Shown here: positions 40,214-53,919 of the stretch, piece after piece
Position numbering within the stretch: position 1 is the stretch's first letter
How the letters are laid out: each line of letters begins with the position of its first letter
Assembly: GCA_964016885.1 (NCBI GenBank)
Contig: OZ024740.1
Coordinates: 56,110,001 to 56,174,000 of the forward strand
From: Eledone cirrhosa
Taxonomy: Eukaryota
Direction: 5' to 3'
Length of the DNA stretch: 64,000 nt
Translations under genes and position numbers: made by a program
Notes under the pieces: model-generated
Told to the model about the DNA's origin: nothing
The model's database searches: none
What the model saw: only the letters and a program-made list of their open reading frames with translations

Positions 40214-40430
40214 GGCGCATGGCTTAGTGGTTAGAGCATTGGGCTTGCAATCGAAAGGTTGTGAGTTCAATTCTCGGACCGCGTGATGTGTTGTTTCCTT
40301 GAGCAAGACACTTTATTTCACGTTGCTCCAGTTTATTCAGCTTTAGAAATGAGATGATACGACTGGGGTCCCTATCATTAAATCACCCAAGACACCTCCA
40401 ACGAGATATACCTTAAGGGAGTCCAGCTAA
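40214..40430 (+). mobile_element. tRNA-derived SINE, family 2
   Basis: ggcgcatggcttagtggttagagca (A box) ... gagttcaattc (B box), then gtttccttgagcaagacact. It is flanked by the direct repeat tctatccatggacag. Confidence 0.82.
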
Positions 40431-41332
40431 ACCAGCTAAATCTATCCATGGACAGATAAATTCTGCAGTGTGAATACGCTAGAATTATTTTTTTTAAACA
40501 CAATGGCACGTGTCTATTTTTTTTAAAGTGCATATGGGTGTGACTGTATGTATGTGCATCTGCATAAATTTATATGTATGAGTATATAAATATAAACGTG
40601 CAAACACAGACATACTTACAAAAATAAACACTCACAAGCATATATTCACACAAATACACATACGTTCACACAAACACACACATACATTTACACAAACACA
40701 CACACACACATACATTTACGCAAACACACATACTTACTCACACACAGCATGGTAAATGGAACGCCAGTCGTTGTTTTTTTATAGTTTTTTCATCATCCCG
40801 TTCCTTCCTTTTACACACATACATTCTCACAAACACACACATTGTGTGACGGACGGAAGTGACACACAAATTTAGATATAGATTTTACAGCGAGGGAGAA
40901 GTTGCCAGTATAAAGTTGAATATTCTTCGTCGGTTATGTTTATAGCATTAATGCATTTCAGTTTAAATTATGAATTTTAAAGTTATATATCATCCATAGG
41001 TTTACAGAGAAATCTTGCACAACTTTACTTTATACTTATCTTTGCAAAGAGTAACTTTAACTTAAATTCACAAATAACTTTTATAATAAAGCATATGGGT
41101 CATGAGACAACCTCTTTTTGCTAGCATTGTTTTTTGGGGGATAATGGACATTTTATATCTTCCTCCATACCCAAACTCTCTCTCGGTGTTAACAAGTTTG
41201 TCGGTGGTTAAAGCAACTGCTATCTTACTATCTGTAGCTACATATCGATGTTTGGACAATAGAAGCAACACCTACTATAATATGTATTTACTTAACTGTC
41301 TCTCTATCTACGTACCTGCCTATCTATTTATC

Positions 41333-42700
41333 CGTGGAGAGGCAAACCGATGCCTTCCGATGGCGTCGTCGGACGCTGAACGGAAGGACCAGTAAAGCTG
41401 CTCGGGGTCTGGTTTGGTCCGGACCTCCAGGTGGAGAACTGGAACGAGGTGTCGGCCAAGGTGTTTGCACTCACCCAGAAGTGGGCCGAGTGCAAACTAT
41501 CCTTGAAAGGTCGAGCGGAGATGGCGAACAATTTTATAGCGTCCGCCATCTACTACCGCTTGACCGTCGTGCCTTGTCCAGCCAAAACGCTCGCCAAAAT
41601 GGAGCGCGCGCTCTTCCAATTCCTTTGGAAGAGGCGGGCTCCTTTGGTGAGAAGATCCATCTGCTGCCAACGCCCTTCCAACGGAGGGCTGGGGATGCCG
41701 TGGATGACGATGCGCAAACACGCGCTTAGGCTGCGGTATCTCTACGTATTCCTCACCGGACAACCGGTGTGGGCCCCGTTCCTGAGGCGAGCCTTCCCAC
41801 GACTCGTCTCGCTGACCGAGCTGCAGTCCTGGGTCAAGCAAAGACCGAGGAAAATGGGCGACTGGCACATCGAATGTGCTCAGGCGCTCACAGCCCTCTG
41901 GTAGGCGGACCCGGCAATCAGCGGAGACTCCACTTCGTCATTCTATAGAGGGTTGATCCGCAGCAAGTGCGACGACGTGCTCGGTGAAACTCTAGGCGTA
42001 GAGGAGGACGAACTGGCCAGTCTGTTCGGTAGGACCTTCCGCCCGGGACCGATGGACAACTTCCAAAAGTCCCTGGCCTGGCAGTGCTACCGAGGAGCTC
42101 TACCAGTTCGAGACAAGCTCTACAGACATGGGCGCCCGGGCAGGGACCCTGCAAAAAAGATCTGTCCGAGGTGCGTGCGAGGCGAAGAAACCGCCGCGCA
42201 CGCATTCATACACTGCCCGGGCGTCACCGACCTGTGGAGCTATGTAGAACGACTATTGTCGCGGGTGGGACCAATCCGATTGACCACCGAGTCCATTGTC
42301 ATAATCAAACCGCCACCCTCCTTCAAAAACGAAGGAGAGGCGGTTTTCCTTTGTGTGATAGCTATGGCGAAAGAGGTTGTATGGTGGACAAGGTTGAAAG
42401 GGCTGAGGTCAGACACCTTTCTCTCCGGCCAACAACTGATTCTTTTCTTCAAATACCACTTTTGGAAGAAGAATCAGGATGGAGAGAGAGGTGCTGTACC
42501 CCAGCAAGTTTTATGAAAGGTGGGTGAAAGTGGCGAGAATGGCCCGAGTGAATGAGCCTTCTCTCTATATCAGCCTGTAGGTTTAGGAAAAAGAGGAGGA
42601 GAGGAAGGGAGTACAAACTCTTCGTACTCCTGGAGATGAGGGTTGCACATTTTTTTCGGGGCAATGTGTTACCCATATGAACTGTCTAATAAAGAAACAT
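41333..42700 (+). mobile_element. 5'-truncated Tx1-like LINE (family B-related) flanked on both sides by (TATC)-like repeats
   Basis: WNEVSAKV..LSLKGRAE, GGLGMPW, CPRCVRGEETAAHAFIHC. Upstream is tctatctacgtacctgcctatcta; downstream is aataaagaaacatatctatctgtc. Confidence 0.88.
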
Positions 42701-42797
42701 ATCTATCTGTCTAACTACCTGTCTCTCTGTCTATCTGCATATCTTTCTATCTACCTATCTATCAACCTGTCTATATATATATATACACACATACACA

Positions 42798-42864
<67 letters not shown>

Positions 42865-42876
42865 ACACACACACAC

Positions 42877-43060
42877 GTGGATGGCAGTATCGGTAGAGGG
42901 TCGTACGCCATGCTTTGATGCATAGAGTTACGGCCCTTTCCAATCTGAGTTCAAATCCCGCCGAGGTTAACTTTGCCCTTCATCCTTACGGGGTCGATAA
43001 TAAAGTACCAGTAACACACTGGGTAATTGCTGGCCTTGTGCCAAAAGTAGAAACAATTAT
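42877..43060 (+). mobile_element. SINE family 1
   Basis: Same consensus as 29854-30036. Confidence 0.85.
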
Positions 43061-43305
43061 TACTTTCAAAGTAAAGAGTGTCATGAATGATACAAAATCA
43101 AACATATGTCTTGTCTCTAAAAACAGCTCAAGATAGAATTCAGAGAATTAAATCGAACCTTAATTATTATAAGAAAGTGATTTAAACATATTCATACACA
43201 CGTAAGTGTGCACTAAGACATATCAAAACTTAAAACTAGAGACAATCTACACTGAAAGTAAGACTACATAATTCATGACACCCTTTACTTTGAAAGTAAT
43301 AATAA
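43056..43305. mobile_element. MITE-like element (~250 bp); an inverted internal fragment recurs at ~43618-43705
   Basis: TIRs attactttcaaagtaaagagtgtcatgaat and attcatgacaccctttactttgaaagtaat. Confidence 0.65.
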
Positions 43306-43987
43306 TATATCTGCTCCTTATGTGGTGAGCTGTTTATTGTCGAGAAGTTGGACTGCTATTTCTAGCGAACGAGAACCCTTCATGTCGTTGCGAGTGCTAA
43401 AATTCATGTGTTGATACCATGTGCGTTTAGCCACTTTCAACCTTGCATTGAGTGAGATTAGATGATTTTGAAATTCCCTCACTGATGATCTGTTTCAAAA
43501 TATCTAATTTCGCCGTTATTTGGTGAAATGTATTCTGATTTTGTGGAAATATCGTTATCAAGTATTTTGTTTTAAATTTAATAAGATACTTCTATTAAAT
43601 TTAATAAGATACTCAACGAATTATGTAGTCTTACTTTCAGTGTAGATTGTCTCTAGTTCTAAGTTTAGATATGTCTTAGTGCACACTTACGTGTGTATGA
43701 ATATATTATATATATAGTGAGAGAGAGAGAGGGAGAGAGAGAGACAGAGAGAGAGAGAAGTTCATCGTAATATAGGGCCTATATGTTTAACAATTGTTAA
43801 AGATAGAAAATAGTAGTAAGAAACTGGCATCGAGGGGTGGTTTTTCTGCTAGTATTTCGAAATAAGGATAATTGTTAGCATATTGATTGTAAATAACATT
43901 AAATAAGTACGCTAGAAATGATTATGTGCTGAGGTAGAAGACATTTAGAAAATGACTAATGTTTTTTTTCTTTTTTTTTTTTTCTTC

Positions 43988-44350
43988 AATGGAAGTACCG
44001 GTAGAGTGTCGGACATACTTTCCAGCATAGTTACGTCCCTTTACGATCTGAGTTCAAATCGAGGTTAACTTTGCCTTTCATCCTTACGGGGTCGATAAAA
44101 TAAAGTACCAGTAATGTACTGGGTATTGTTGGCCTTGTGCCAAAAGTATAAACAATTATTATGACCTCATCAGCGGATTGGCAGTATCTGTAGAGGGTCG
44201 GACGCCATGCTTTGCAGCCTTTTAGGGTATGAGTTCAAATGCAGTCGAGGTTAACTTTGCTTTTCATCATTACGGGGTCGATAAAATAAAGTACCAGTAA
44301 TGTACTGGGATAATTGCTGGTCTTGTGTGAAATGTAGAAACAATTATTTT
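43988..44350 (+). mobile_element. Two tandem SINE family 1 copies
   Basis: Consensus match at ~43988-44160 and ~44175-44350. Confidence 0.8.
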
Positions 44351-44779
44351 GACCTCTATCAGGGAAAATTATATTTTACTACTCTTGCTGAAGTAGTAGT
44401 AGGAGAACCTCTGAATAAATTTGCATGAGTTTAACAGAAATAAGTAGAATTGTTTAGATAATAAATTACTCAGAAACGTCATTCACATTGAAACAATAGT
44501 AAATTAATGTTAACATATTTACGAAAGCAACAAATGAATTACTAAAAATCATAATGCGGTTAGGGAAACATCTATATGAACCGAGGACCAGCTAACTAAA
44601 AGAAATGGGAAAAAAAGGAAATTTATAATGTACGGGAATTGTAAGGAAAATAGCCTCATTATGTAAATGGTAAGTATTTTAATCAATGTGACGGAATAAG
44701 TATGAAAAAGAGGAACGAAAATAAACAGTTACTGTAGCACACTAATCACAACATCCCTTGTTTTCCTGTTATATTTTAT

Positions 44780-44962
44780 TGGATTGGCAGTATCGGTAGA
44801 GAGTCGGACGCCATGCTTTGACGCATAGTTACGGCCCTTGCCATTAGAGTTCAAATCCCGCCGAGGTTAACTTTGCCTTTCATCCTTACGGGGTCGATAA
44901 AATAAAGTACCAGTAATGTACTGGGTAATTGCTGGCCTTGTGCCAAAAGTAGAAACAATTAT
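44780..44962 (+). mobile_element. SINE family 1
   Basis: Consensus match. Confidence 0.85.
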
Positions 44963-45241
44963 AGTATGTTCAAAATAGTTTTGATGCTTTTTAAAACGAA
45001 GGAATGAAAAATAGAGTGTGTTGAAGTAAGTTCTGCGAGTTGTTGATGATGCCTTGGCTCAGGTCAACACTGACTGAGCACATGATCAATGACATTACAG
45101 CTCCTCTATTTATGTGTATAGGGTTACATTATCTAACGAGACCTTTTTACTTACATGATACAACAATGTGATTTGAGGAAGAGTTAACTGCTATTTCTAG
45201 CAGATAGAACAATCGTGAAAGGTAATAAAACATGTCTATGC

Positions 45242-45338
<97 letters not shown>

Positions 45339-45394
45339 CACACAAAAACATGATATATACTACAGTTGTCGTTTTGATTGCAACAGAAAAAGAT

Positions 45395-46005
45395 CTATAA
45401 TTCAAAATTCAGTCGATGAAATTGTTGTGCCAGAGGAATCCACCACTCAAAATCACAACATATTTTTACTTGACTTCAGAGCAAACACCTTTCTTTGATA
45501 AATGAACAGAACACCAGCCTCCAAGAATATAAGCAATGGCGGCGTGTTATGAAAGCTGTAGGTTTATACTAAACATTACCAACAGCCATTTTCCATAGCT
45601 ATTTAATTGAAAAACTGGCAGGGGTGTAGTTTATGTAATAAAAAATTTATACAGACATTTACTGTAAATATAATATCGAGGTATATACTGCAGTTATCGT
45701 TTTAGTTACTATAGAAACAGATCCATGTTTCGAAATTATAATCGATGAGAATTTCGTGCCAGAGGAAACTAAGAACAAGCCACCACTTGTATGTAGCTTT
45801 ATAACATATCTTCACTTGACTTCAGAGCAAACATCCACTTTGAGAAATCAACAGAACACCAGCTTCTAAGAATATAAGCAACAGTGACGTGTTATGAAAG
45901 CTGCACGTTTGTGCTAAACATTACCAGCAGCCATTTTTCGCTGACAATTAATTGAAAAACTGGCAGGATAATGGTCGATGTAATAATAATTTTATAGAGA
46001 CTTTG
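45395..46005. repeat. Diverged tandem duplication (period ~350 bp)
   Basis: cttgacttcagagcaaaca...aacagaacaccagc...aagaatataagcaa...gttatgaaagctg...aattgaaaaactggcagg occurs at ~45470-45620 and ~45815-45967. Confidence 0.82.
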
Positions 46006-46274
46006 CTTCCGGCATAAGAGGAGGCTTACCTAATAGTCTACAGGTTCATATCTACATTACACAAACATAATATCCAATTCTTAAAATGTATTAAATGCTT
46101 GAACTAGAGACTACCTTTCTAGTTGACTGCCTCAAACATACAAACAATTTAGGCAGGATTTAGACAAACTGTCCTCCACATAATTCATGCATAGCCTCTC
46201 ACCTCCCTTACGCTCTCACATTCTTATTCTCACTTTCCTTCTTCCTTTTCATATTCCATTTTCATCACTACTAC

Positions 46275-46388
<114 letters not shown>

Positions 46389-46938
46389 TTCTTCTTCTTC
46401 CTCGCCCGCTTATTCCTCGCCCGCTTATTAGTATTGTTATTATTATTTACGCCTCCTCTTTTTTCTACATTATAGTTTCCATTAGTCAGGATTTAAACAA
46501 ACTGTCCTCCATTATACATAATCTCTCTCTTTCTCTCTATCTCTCTATCTCTCTCCCTCTCTCTCTCTCTCTTTCTCATTTTCCTCTCTCTGTTTGCTTT
46601 GCTTTTTCTCATGTCTGATGTATTAACAGACATTCGCTTGGGTTGTTTTATTACGGTGATTTTATTATTCATTTATGATATGGAAACAGCAGGCATGGTA
46701 GACATGACGGGGCGTCAGATGAAACAACTTTATGAGCAGAGCTCTAACGCATTTTCTGCGTTCAAATTCTGTCGCGTGCTTCACAGATAGAATTGAAAAA
46801 TTGGCAATAACTACAGTTCAAACCTGGCATAAGCATTGGATCAGACGAATATGGAACGAAATAGTGTATAGGTAATACATACATGCGTACATACATACAT
46901 ACAGGTGCGTGTGTATAATGAAAAGATTTAGGAACATG

Positions 46939-47340
46939 TATTGGTTTGGACAGAAAGTTCCCGCTGTTCTTCAAAAGGAGGTATTTTGGTAATTTTCTGG
47001 AAACACTGGAGGTTGCACATGCAGTGATGTTCGTATGTACTATGTGCATTTCTCATTTTCTGTTATACCGTCAAAGAAGAAGAAACAAGGATCTATCCGA
47101 ATCGTTTATTCCTGGATATTTATGACTTCAAATCTGGCCTATGTGCAGTAGCATTTGGGCCACACACCATGTCTGAAAGTAGTGCCAGGCATAGGTTCGA
47201 ACGCTTCTGTTCCGGTGATTAGAGCGCTGAAGATCGACCTCTCGCATGACGTACATCCGTTTTCAATGATGAGCAATTGTGTGTAGCCGCCGACCCACGC
47301 TAGACATCACGTCGACACACAGAAGTTTTAAGTTAAGTCA
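46939..47340 (+). mobile_element. Mariner 5' remnant
   Basis: TIR-like tattggtttggacagaaagttc and degenerate HTH AFGPHTMSESSARHRFERFCSGD*SAEDRP. Confidence 0.55.
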
Positions 47341-47543
47341 ACTGTTACACCTTCATATGCAAATGAGGCTAATCAGCCCACCTACACAGGCGAAAATACT
47401 ATATATTCTCGCCTGTTTTCAAGTTCCAGGAAAAAGTAGCAGGAAAGAGAGAGCCATTAGCTCGTTTATAAAGGGGTTCTCAAGGGAACGCCCATCAGAC
47501 ATGGAGATCAAACCACTTGATCTCCAACAGAATCCGGAGATAC

Positions 47544-50137
47544 ATGGCGATTATAAAAGTAGGTTGCCTAAATGTTCGTGGCTTGGGTGCGTCCTGGAAG
47601 CAATGTCGATTGCTGAACAACCTCAGGTCACTAGATATGGATTTGACTGCTGTCAGTGAAACCAGGATTTCTGACACACGCGCACTAGCTCCTATTTTCG
47701 AAGACTATCAGATCTTCGCATCTTTTATTCGGCCGGGAATACGAGGTGGGGTGGCAGAGCTGTTTAGGAAAGGCCTGGATCTCGAGGTAAGAACGATCTT
47801 CCTGAACACCGACTGTAAGTTGTTGGCCCTGCTCGTGAGCAATTGCGAAGGTGATGCCTTTAGACAGCTGGCCATCTACGCACCGTCATGAGCCGGGCGG
47901 CCGGATTGTTTGGGGCGCAAGGAAGCCTTCTTTGGAACGTCTTGCCTTTTAGTGTTAGTGGAAGACTGGAACAGCCTCTTAGACGCAGGCTAGGATTCTG
48001 AGGGAGTAGCTGATATGAGTGGGACATGCAACAGATACGGATTAGATTTCCCCAATGCGTCAGTGTGAATCTGAACCAACCGCACAGGCTCATCTGGATC
48101 GTATATAGATAGGCTTTTCGTTAGGACAGCAGATAAGGATAGTACAGGTTGTCCACATCTACTAACCCTTGCCTATACAAATCTGTATGGTCTCCCTGTA
48201 GGCTAAGACCTGGTTAATGGAAACTTAACACGTCATTTTCGGCGTGTGAAGTCAGGAGAGAACGGGTCACCACTTTAGTTAAATGTAACTTAACAGGGTG
48301 AGGGGTCGTCAACAACAGTTGGTGGGGTGCTTAGGGTCAATACATTTTAGTAAAGAAGTAGCTATAGAAAAAATAGAAAGAAGAATGTAAGTGGTAGCCT
48401 AAAGAGACGGATCGATTAGAAGTGGCATTGCAACTGAGGTGTTAGCGGCAAGAATAGTCTTAGACCATTTCTTCAATACAAAATACGAATGTTGCATTGT
48501 CAGAATGAAGGTGCGTGCTCTAAGAAATGAGGGAACGAAACCTGTTTGATGGGCTGGAGTGGCGGAGGCGCAGCATGGTAGCTCAACTACGATTTGGTAT
48601 TTGACAGACCGAGACGAACGCGTGCTGAACGATTCCTGGCAGGTGAGTGTGGCAGCACTCTCCTCGACTGTTCGGGGACTGTGGGGGGTCAAAGACGGAA
48701 CAAACGTGGCTTCGTGGGGCTCTCATCAATTTAGATCAATCAAAACTTCCGATGGAGTCGACCTTGGATATTTGGAGGCTCTCCTCAAGGCAGCTGGCTT
48801 CGATCCCGTCTTCAGAGGCACCTGCTCGGTGGTCAGAATTGACACCTTTTGGAACAGTTTCGAGAGAAAGCTATCTCTAAAATATCGAGCGGAGGTGTCC
48901 GCAATCTCTTGCTGCCTGGCCGTCCTGTCTTGACCCCGTTTACGCCTCGCCAAATCGGAACGCCTGCTCGTCAACTTCGTGTGGAATGGACAGGTTCCAT
49001 TGGTTAGGCGTTCCATTTGCTGCCAGCCCCCTCTACGCAGGTGGCTGGCATGCCGTGGCTGATGATGCGCAAACATGGACTGAAGCTATAGCATCATCAG
49101 ATATTTTTAAACGGCGAACAAGTGTGGTTACCGTTTGTGAGACAGGCCTTTCCGTAGCTCGTCTTGTTGACTGATTGCAGTCCTCTGACATGAAGAGACC
49201 GTGACTGGGCGCCTGGCATTTGAAATGTTGCCAGGCGCTCACTGCCCTTTGTTAAGCGGGCAATTCGTATACAGGAAATCTACTCTAGCGTTCTATAGAG
49301 GATTGGTATTGGCAAGTGCGATGACGCTCTCGGAGAGGCTCTGGTTGTCTACGAAATCGAACTGACTATTCTGTTCCGGGGGACTTTTAAGTCTGGAAAT
49401 AGGGATAACTAAATTCCTCGCTTGGCAGTGCGACCGGGGGGCACTGCCGGTTCGAGATAAACTCTACAGGCACGGAAATGTTGTCAGATTGTCCTGTCCG
49501 AGATGCTTACTGAATACGAAACCGTTCTGAACGCACACTTTTAGTGTCCTTGTATTACTGACTTGTAGAGTTATGTCACACAGCAGTTATATCGTGTGGG
49601 ATGGAAGCGGCTATCGACCGAGTCCATTGTGAAGATTATCCCGCCACCTTCTTTTGACCGGGAAGGTCAGGCAGCTTTTCTCTGCTTGGTAACTGTAGCG
49701 AAAGTGATTGTGTGGTGGACGAGTCTGAAAAAACTGACGACAGACAAATTTCTCTTAGGCCAATCCCTCCTTAACTTTTTCAAGTTTATTTGGAGAGGAA
49801 GGTGAGGGAGGAAAGAGAATTGCTAACTCCCGCCCCCTCTAGTAGATTTGCTAAAAGGTGCGTGAATGTAGCGAGAATGGCCCGTGTGAATGAGCCTACT
49901 CTGAGCATGCGCCTGTAGGCTGGTTCATTTGAGGAGGAGAGGTGTGCCCTTGAGGCGTCGGGTGGTTCAGGATGAGTGGGGTACCTGAGACCCCTATTGG
50001 GGAATTATCATTGTTATATTTTTTTTGTTATATTGTTATTGTTATTTATATGTTTTACACGTTACATATGTAAACCCCCATTTCCCCTATCTATTGTAAT
50101 ATCCACAAAATGTAGGCCCTTGCGGCCAATAAAGAAA
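47544..50137 (+). mobile_element. Old, deleted Tx1-like LINE (family A-related ORF2 remnant) ending at a degenerate (TTA)n
   Basis: APE start MAIIKVGCLNVRGLGASWKQ..AVSETRI; ALINLDQSK; 3' UTR cccctattggggaatt...aataaagaaattatt. Confidence 0.85.
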
Positions 50138-50147
50138 TTATTTTTAT

Positions 50148-53100
50148 TGTTATTTGAGTCTCAGTCATTGATGTTATTTAACTGGAAAGTTTGTTGAAAT
50201 GAATATCAAGCTGCTACCTGCAGCCTCAGATATTCAGGACGTATCGGAGGGTTCTTGCTGTTCCCAGCAAGCATGCCTTTTGAAGTGTTTTAAAAAGCGG
50301 GCTGGACTAATCTTCTTTAACCATCCTTGGAAACTCTTTGATGTAGTATCTAGTGCGTCTATGACAATCGGGATGACCTTCATTTCATGGCAGTTCCAAA
50401 TCCTTTTTCACTCCCACATTAAATCCTGGTATCGGTTAATTTTCTCCCTCTCCTTTTCTTGCACTCTCGTGTCAAATGGGCAGGCTGCATCTACAATCAG
50501 GCACGATCTTTTTTCCTTGTCCAAAACCACCAGGTCAGGCCTATTGTGTTCTAATTTCTTGTCCGTCTGTTTCCTAAAATCCCATAGCACCTTCACCTGA
50601 TCGTTTTCTATCACCGACTCTGGCTTATGCTCATACCACATCTCAGAATGTGGTAAATTGTTTATTTTGCATAGATGACAGTGGATCACCCTGCCTATTA
50701 CATCATGTCTCCAGCCTTTATAGTGAGTCTGCGATTGGTGTTTACACTCGGATACAATGTGAGCCACAGTCTCCTCTCTCTCTCCACAGATCCTACACAG
50801 TGAGCTAGCCTCCTCCTTGTCAATATGTTGTTTCACCCACTTCGTTCTGAGGGCTTGCTCTTGCGCAGCCATTAGCATTCCTTCTGTAGCTTTTTTAAGG
50901 TCCCCTCTTTTTAACCAGTTCCATGTCTGTAGATCTCTAAATTCCGTTTTCTTAAAGAAGGTGCTATGAAGGGATTTTTCATGAGGGTTGATCTTCCTCC
51001 TTATCGTTATTTCCTCCTTGGACATCCCCTGGTCTATTGTCCTCTCCTTCAGTACATGTTGTAGATAGTCATTAACTTCCTAGTCTTCCTATCCATTTCT
51101 TTTTGTTCAGCAACATTCCATTTCAGAATTCCCGCACTGTACATAATAATAGACACAGCTCGGGAATTTACCGCACTTATGACATTCCTACTATTTATAT
51201 GTGATTTTAATACGTTCCTTACTCTCCTTATGTATTCAGATCTTATCAATTCCTTCATTTTTTTGTTGTTGATGTCATCTGCCTTCAGAACACCTAAATA
51301 TTTGTATCCCTCTTCAGTGTCAATTTCCTTTATCATCTCACCTGTTGGTAGCTGGATTCCGTTGCTTCTGTTCAATTTACCCCCTCTTCATCACTAGGAC
51401 TCCACACTTATTAACACCAAATCCCATACATATATCATTGCTGAAAATACGGATAGTGTCAACAAGTACATCCAACTCCTCACTCTTCCCAAAGGGTTTA
51501 AGATCGTCAATAAAGAAGAGGTGGTTGATGGTAATCTCTTCCCTTCCCAACTTGTATCCTGCTCTCACTTTTCGCAATATAACGGATAGGTGTATCAGGG
51601 CAAGGACAAACAGCAGAGGGGACAAACTATCTCCCTGAAAGATACCTCTCTTGATCTTCACGCCTCCCAAGGATTCTCCACCTGATGTTAACTCTGTTTC
51701 CCAGGACTTCATACTTTTGCTCAACAACTGTCTGAAGTTATCTGCCACCTTGAAGATCTTTAGGCTTTTGTTTATCCAAGAATGAGGTACGATGTCGAAT
51801 GCCTTTTTGTAATCTATCCATCCCATGGCAAGACCAGTGTGCCTCCTCTTGCAATTCCTCATTACCATCTTATCAATAAGTAACTGGTCATTTGTACCAC
51901 GGGGCTTCTTTCGGCATCCATTCTGTTCGTCCGGTAACAAGTTGTTCATGTGAAGGTGATGGTAGATTTGCTCAGACACAATGCTTATTAACAGTTTCCA
52001 CATTATGGACAGACATGTGATAGGTTTATAGTTGGTAACATCATTACCCTTGATTCGGTCTTTCCTTACCAGAACTGGTGTACCTTTTGTCAACCACTCT
52101 GGTACCTCACCCGATTTCAAGCAGTCATTGAGCATGGTTGTCAGTTTCGGGTGGAGGAATGTTATATTTGTAATCCAATACCCTTGCACACCATCTGGAC
52201 CTGGTGATTTCCAGTTGGTTAGTTTTTTGGCCTGCCCTTTAAGAGTTTCAACTGTGATACTCAAATCAGGTTGTTGGTGTGCTTGTTCACTAATCTCCTT
52301 TTGAACTGTTTCTATTCACACTGCCTGACTATTATGTTCAACATCCTGCTCCCATATTCCTCTCCAGAATGTCTTAGTTTGTTCAGCCTCAGGGATCAAG
52401 TCGTTGCCTCTTTCTTTCCCTTCAAGCTGTTCAAACAACATCTTCTGGTTGTTGTCAAACATGCAGTTCAGTCTATACTGACTGACTCTGTTCTCATACC
52501 TCCTAATCTTTGTACTTTTTGCTACAATGCGTTGCTTCATTTCCTCTATGATAATATTTAGCTATTTCCCCTTAGTTTTGTATTTTATTTTCAATCTATC
52601 TTTAGAGTCTATGTTTTGTAATGTCCCATTCAGTAAAGACTTAAGCTTTCCAATGTCTTTTCTCATTTCCTTGATTTGACCATTCAGTCGTTGCTTCCAC
52701 CAAGGTTCTGATCTTTCTTGTTTGTTGTTTCCTCTCGCTTTTATGCCGCACTTGCGGTTGCTTTGAGGATATTGTTGCATTGGTGAAGGTTACTCGCCTC
52801 AAGGTATGGGATGACTTTGTTTACCCTAGCTGTTGTTTCTTTTAACGTTTTCCTGTCTACAAATCTTAGGTTCATAGGTTTACCACTATCATTGTTAATT
52901 TTATCTACCACTAAGTTCAGAATATCAACCAAATCTTGCCCTAGCCCGTCAGCATTCATTTCCTTAATGGCCGTATCTTTGTTCCAGATGTTATTTATTT
53001 CAGCATTCAGATCATTGTCTCCTTCGGATGCTTCCTCGGATCTCTCAACCTCTTCACCTTCATTTCCCACTGTCTCGTTTTCCTGATATACTCCACTCTC

Positions 53101-53190
53101 CATTTCCAACTTAATCTCTCTGCTCAGTTCCTCCAGTTCCAAGTCGCTTATCCATCCATTAGTTCTTATTACCCGAGCCTGTCCGGCCAA
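50148..53190 (-). mobile_element. R4/Dong-clade non-LTR retrotransposon (RT, CCHC finger, RLE), 5'-truncated and disrupted, bounded by (TAA)n
   Basis: NWKSPGPDGVQGYW, YKPITCL, DYKKAFDIVPHSW, GIFQGDSLSPLLF, HLFFIDDLK, CRICGEREETVAHIVSEC, NRPDLVV..IVDAACP. Confidence 0.92.
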
Positions 53191-53206
53191 TTATTATTAT
53201 TATTAT

Positions 53207-53683
53207 TGTTCTTTGAGTCATTGATGTTATGTAACTGGAAAGTTTGTTGAAATGAATATCAAGCCTCAGATATTCAGGATGTATCGGAGGGTTCTTGCTG
53301 TTCCCAGCAAGCATGCCTTTTGAAGTGTTCCAAAAAGCGGGGGGGGGGGGGACCAATTTTCTTAAACTATCCTTGGAAACTCTTTGAGATAGTACCTAGT
53401 GCGCCTATGACAATCGGGACCACTTTGACCTCATGGCAGTTCCAAATCCTTTTTAACTCCCACTTTAAGTCCTGGTATCGGTTCATTTTACTCCCTCTCC
53501 TACTATTGCACTCTCGTGTCGAATGGGCAGGCTACTTCCACAATCAGGCACGATCTTTTTTCCTTGTCCAAAACCGCCAGATCAGGTCTATTGTGTTCCA
53601 GTTTCTTGTCCGTCTGTATCCTAAAATCCCACAGCACCTTCACCTGCTAGTTTTCTATGACAGACTCCGGCTTAAGCTAATAC
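53207..53683 (-). mobile_element. Second R4/Dong copy, 3' ~480 bp only
   Basis: Paralogous to 50150-50635 and flanked by (TTA)n on both sides. Confidence 0.88.
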
Positions 53684-53919
53684 CATTATTATTATTATTA
53701 TTATTGAATGCTATGGTTGACGGAGGCTCGGCTCTGTAAGGTATTGTAAATTTTGACCGCTATAACAATTGTAAATTGTTTAAAACTTTAACCAACTTAT
53801 AGACAAAAGCACCCTCCTCCTCGTGAGAGGGGTCTTTCTGTCCGTTATTTGGCCCTTCGGGTTAAATAACTGCTTATTGGGGTTTTGTGCCCAATATTTA
53901 TTTTAAACAAAAAAACAAC

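Noticed and set aside
40214-40290. tRNA-like sequence
   Set aside because: It has A and B boxes but no complete cloverleaf, and it continues into a SINE body repeated at 12681.
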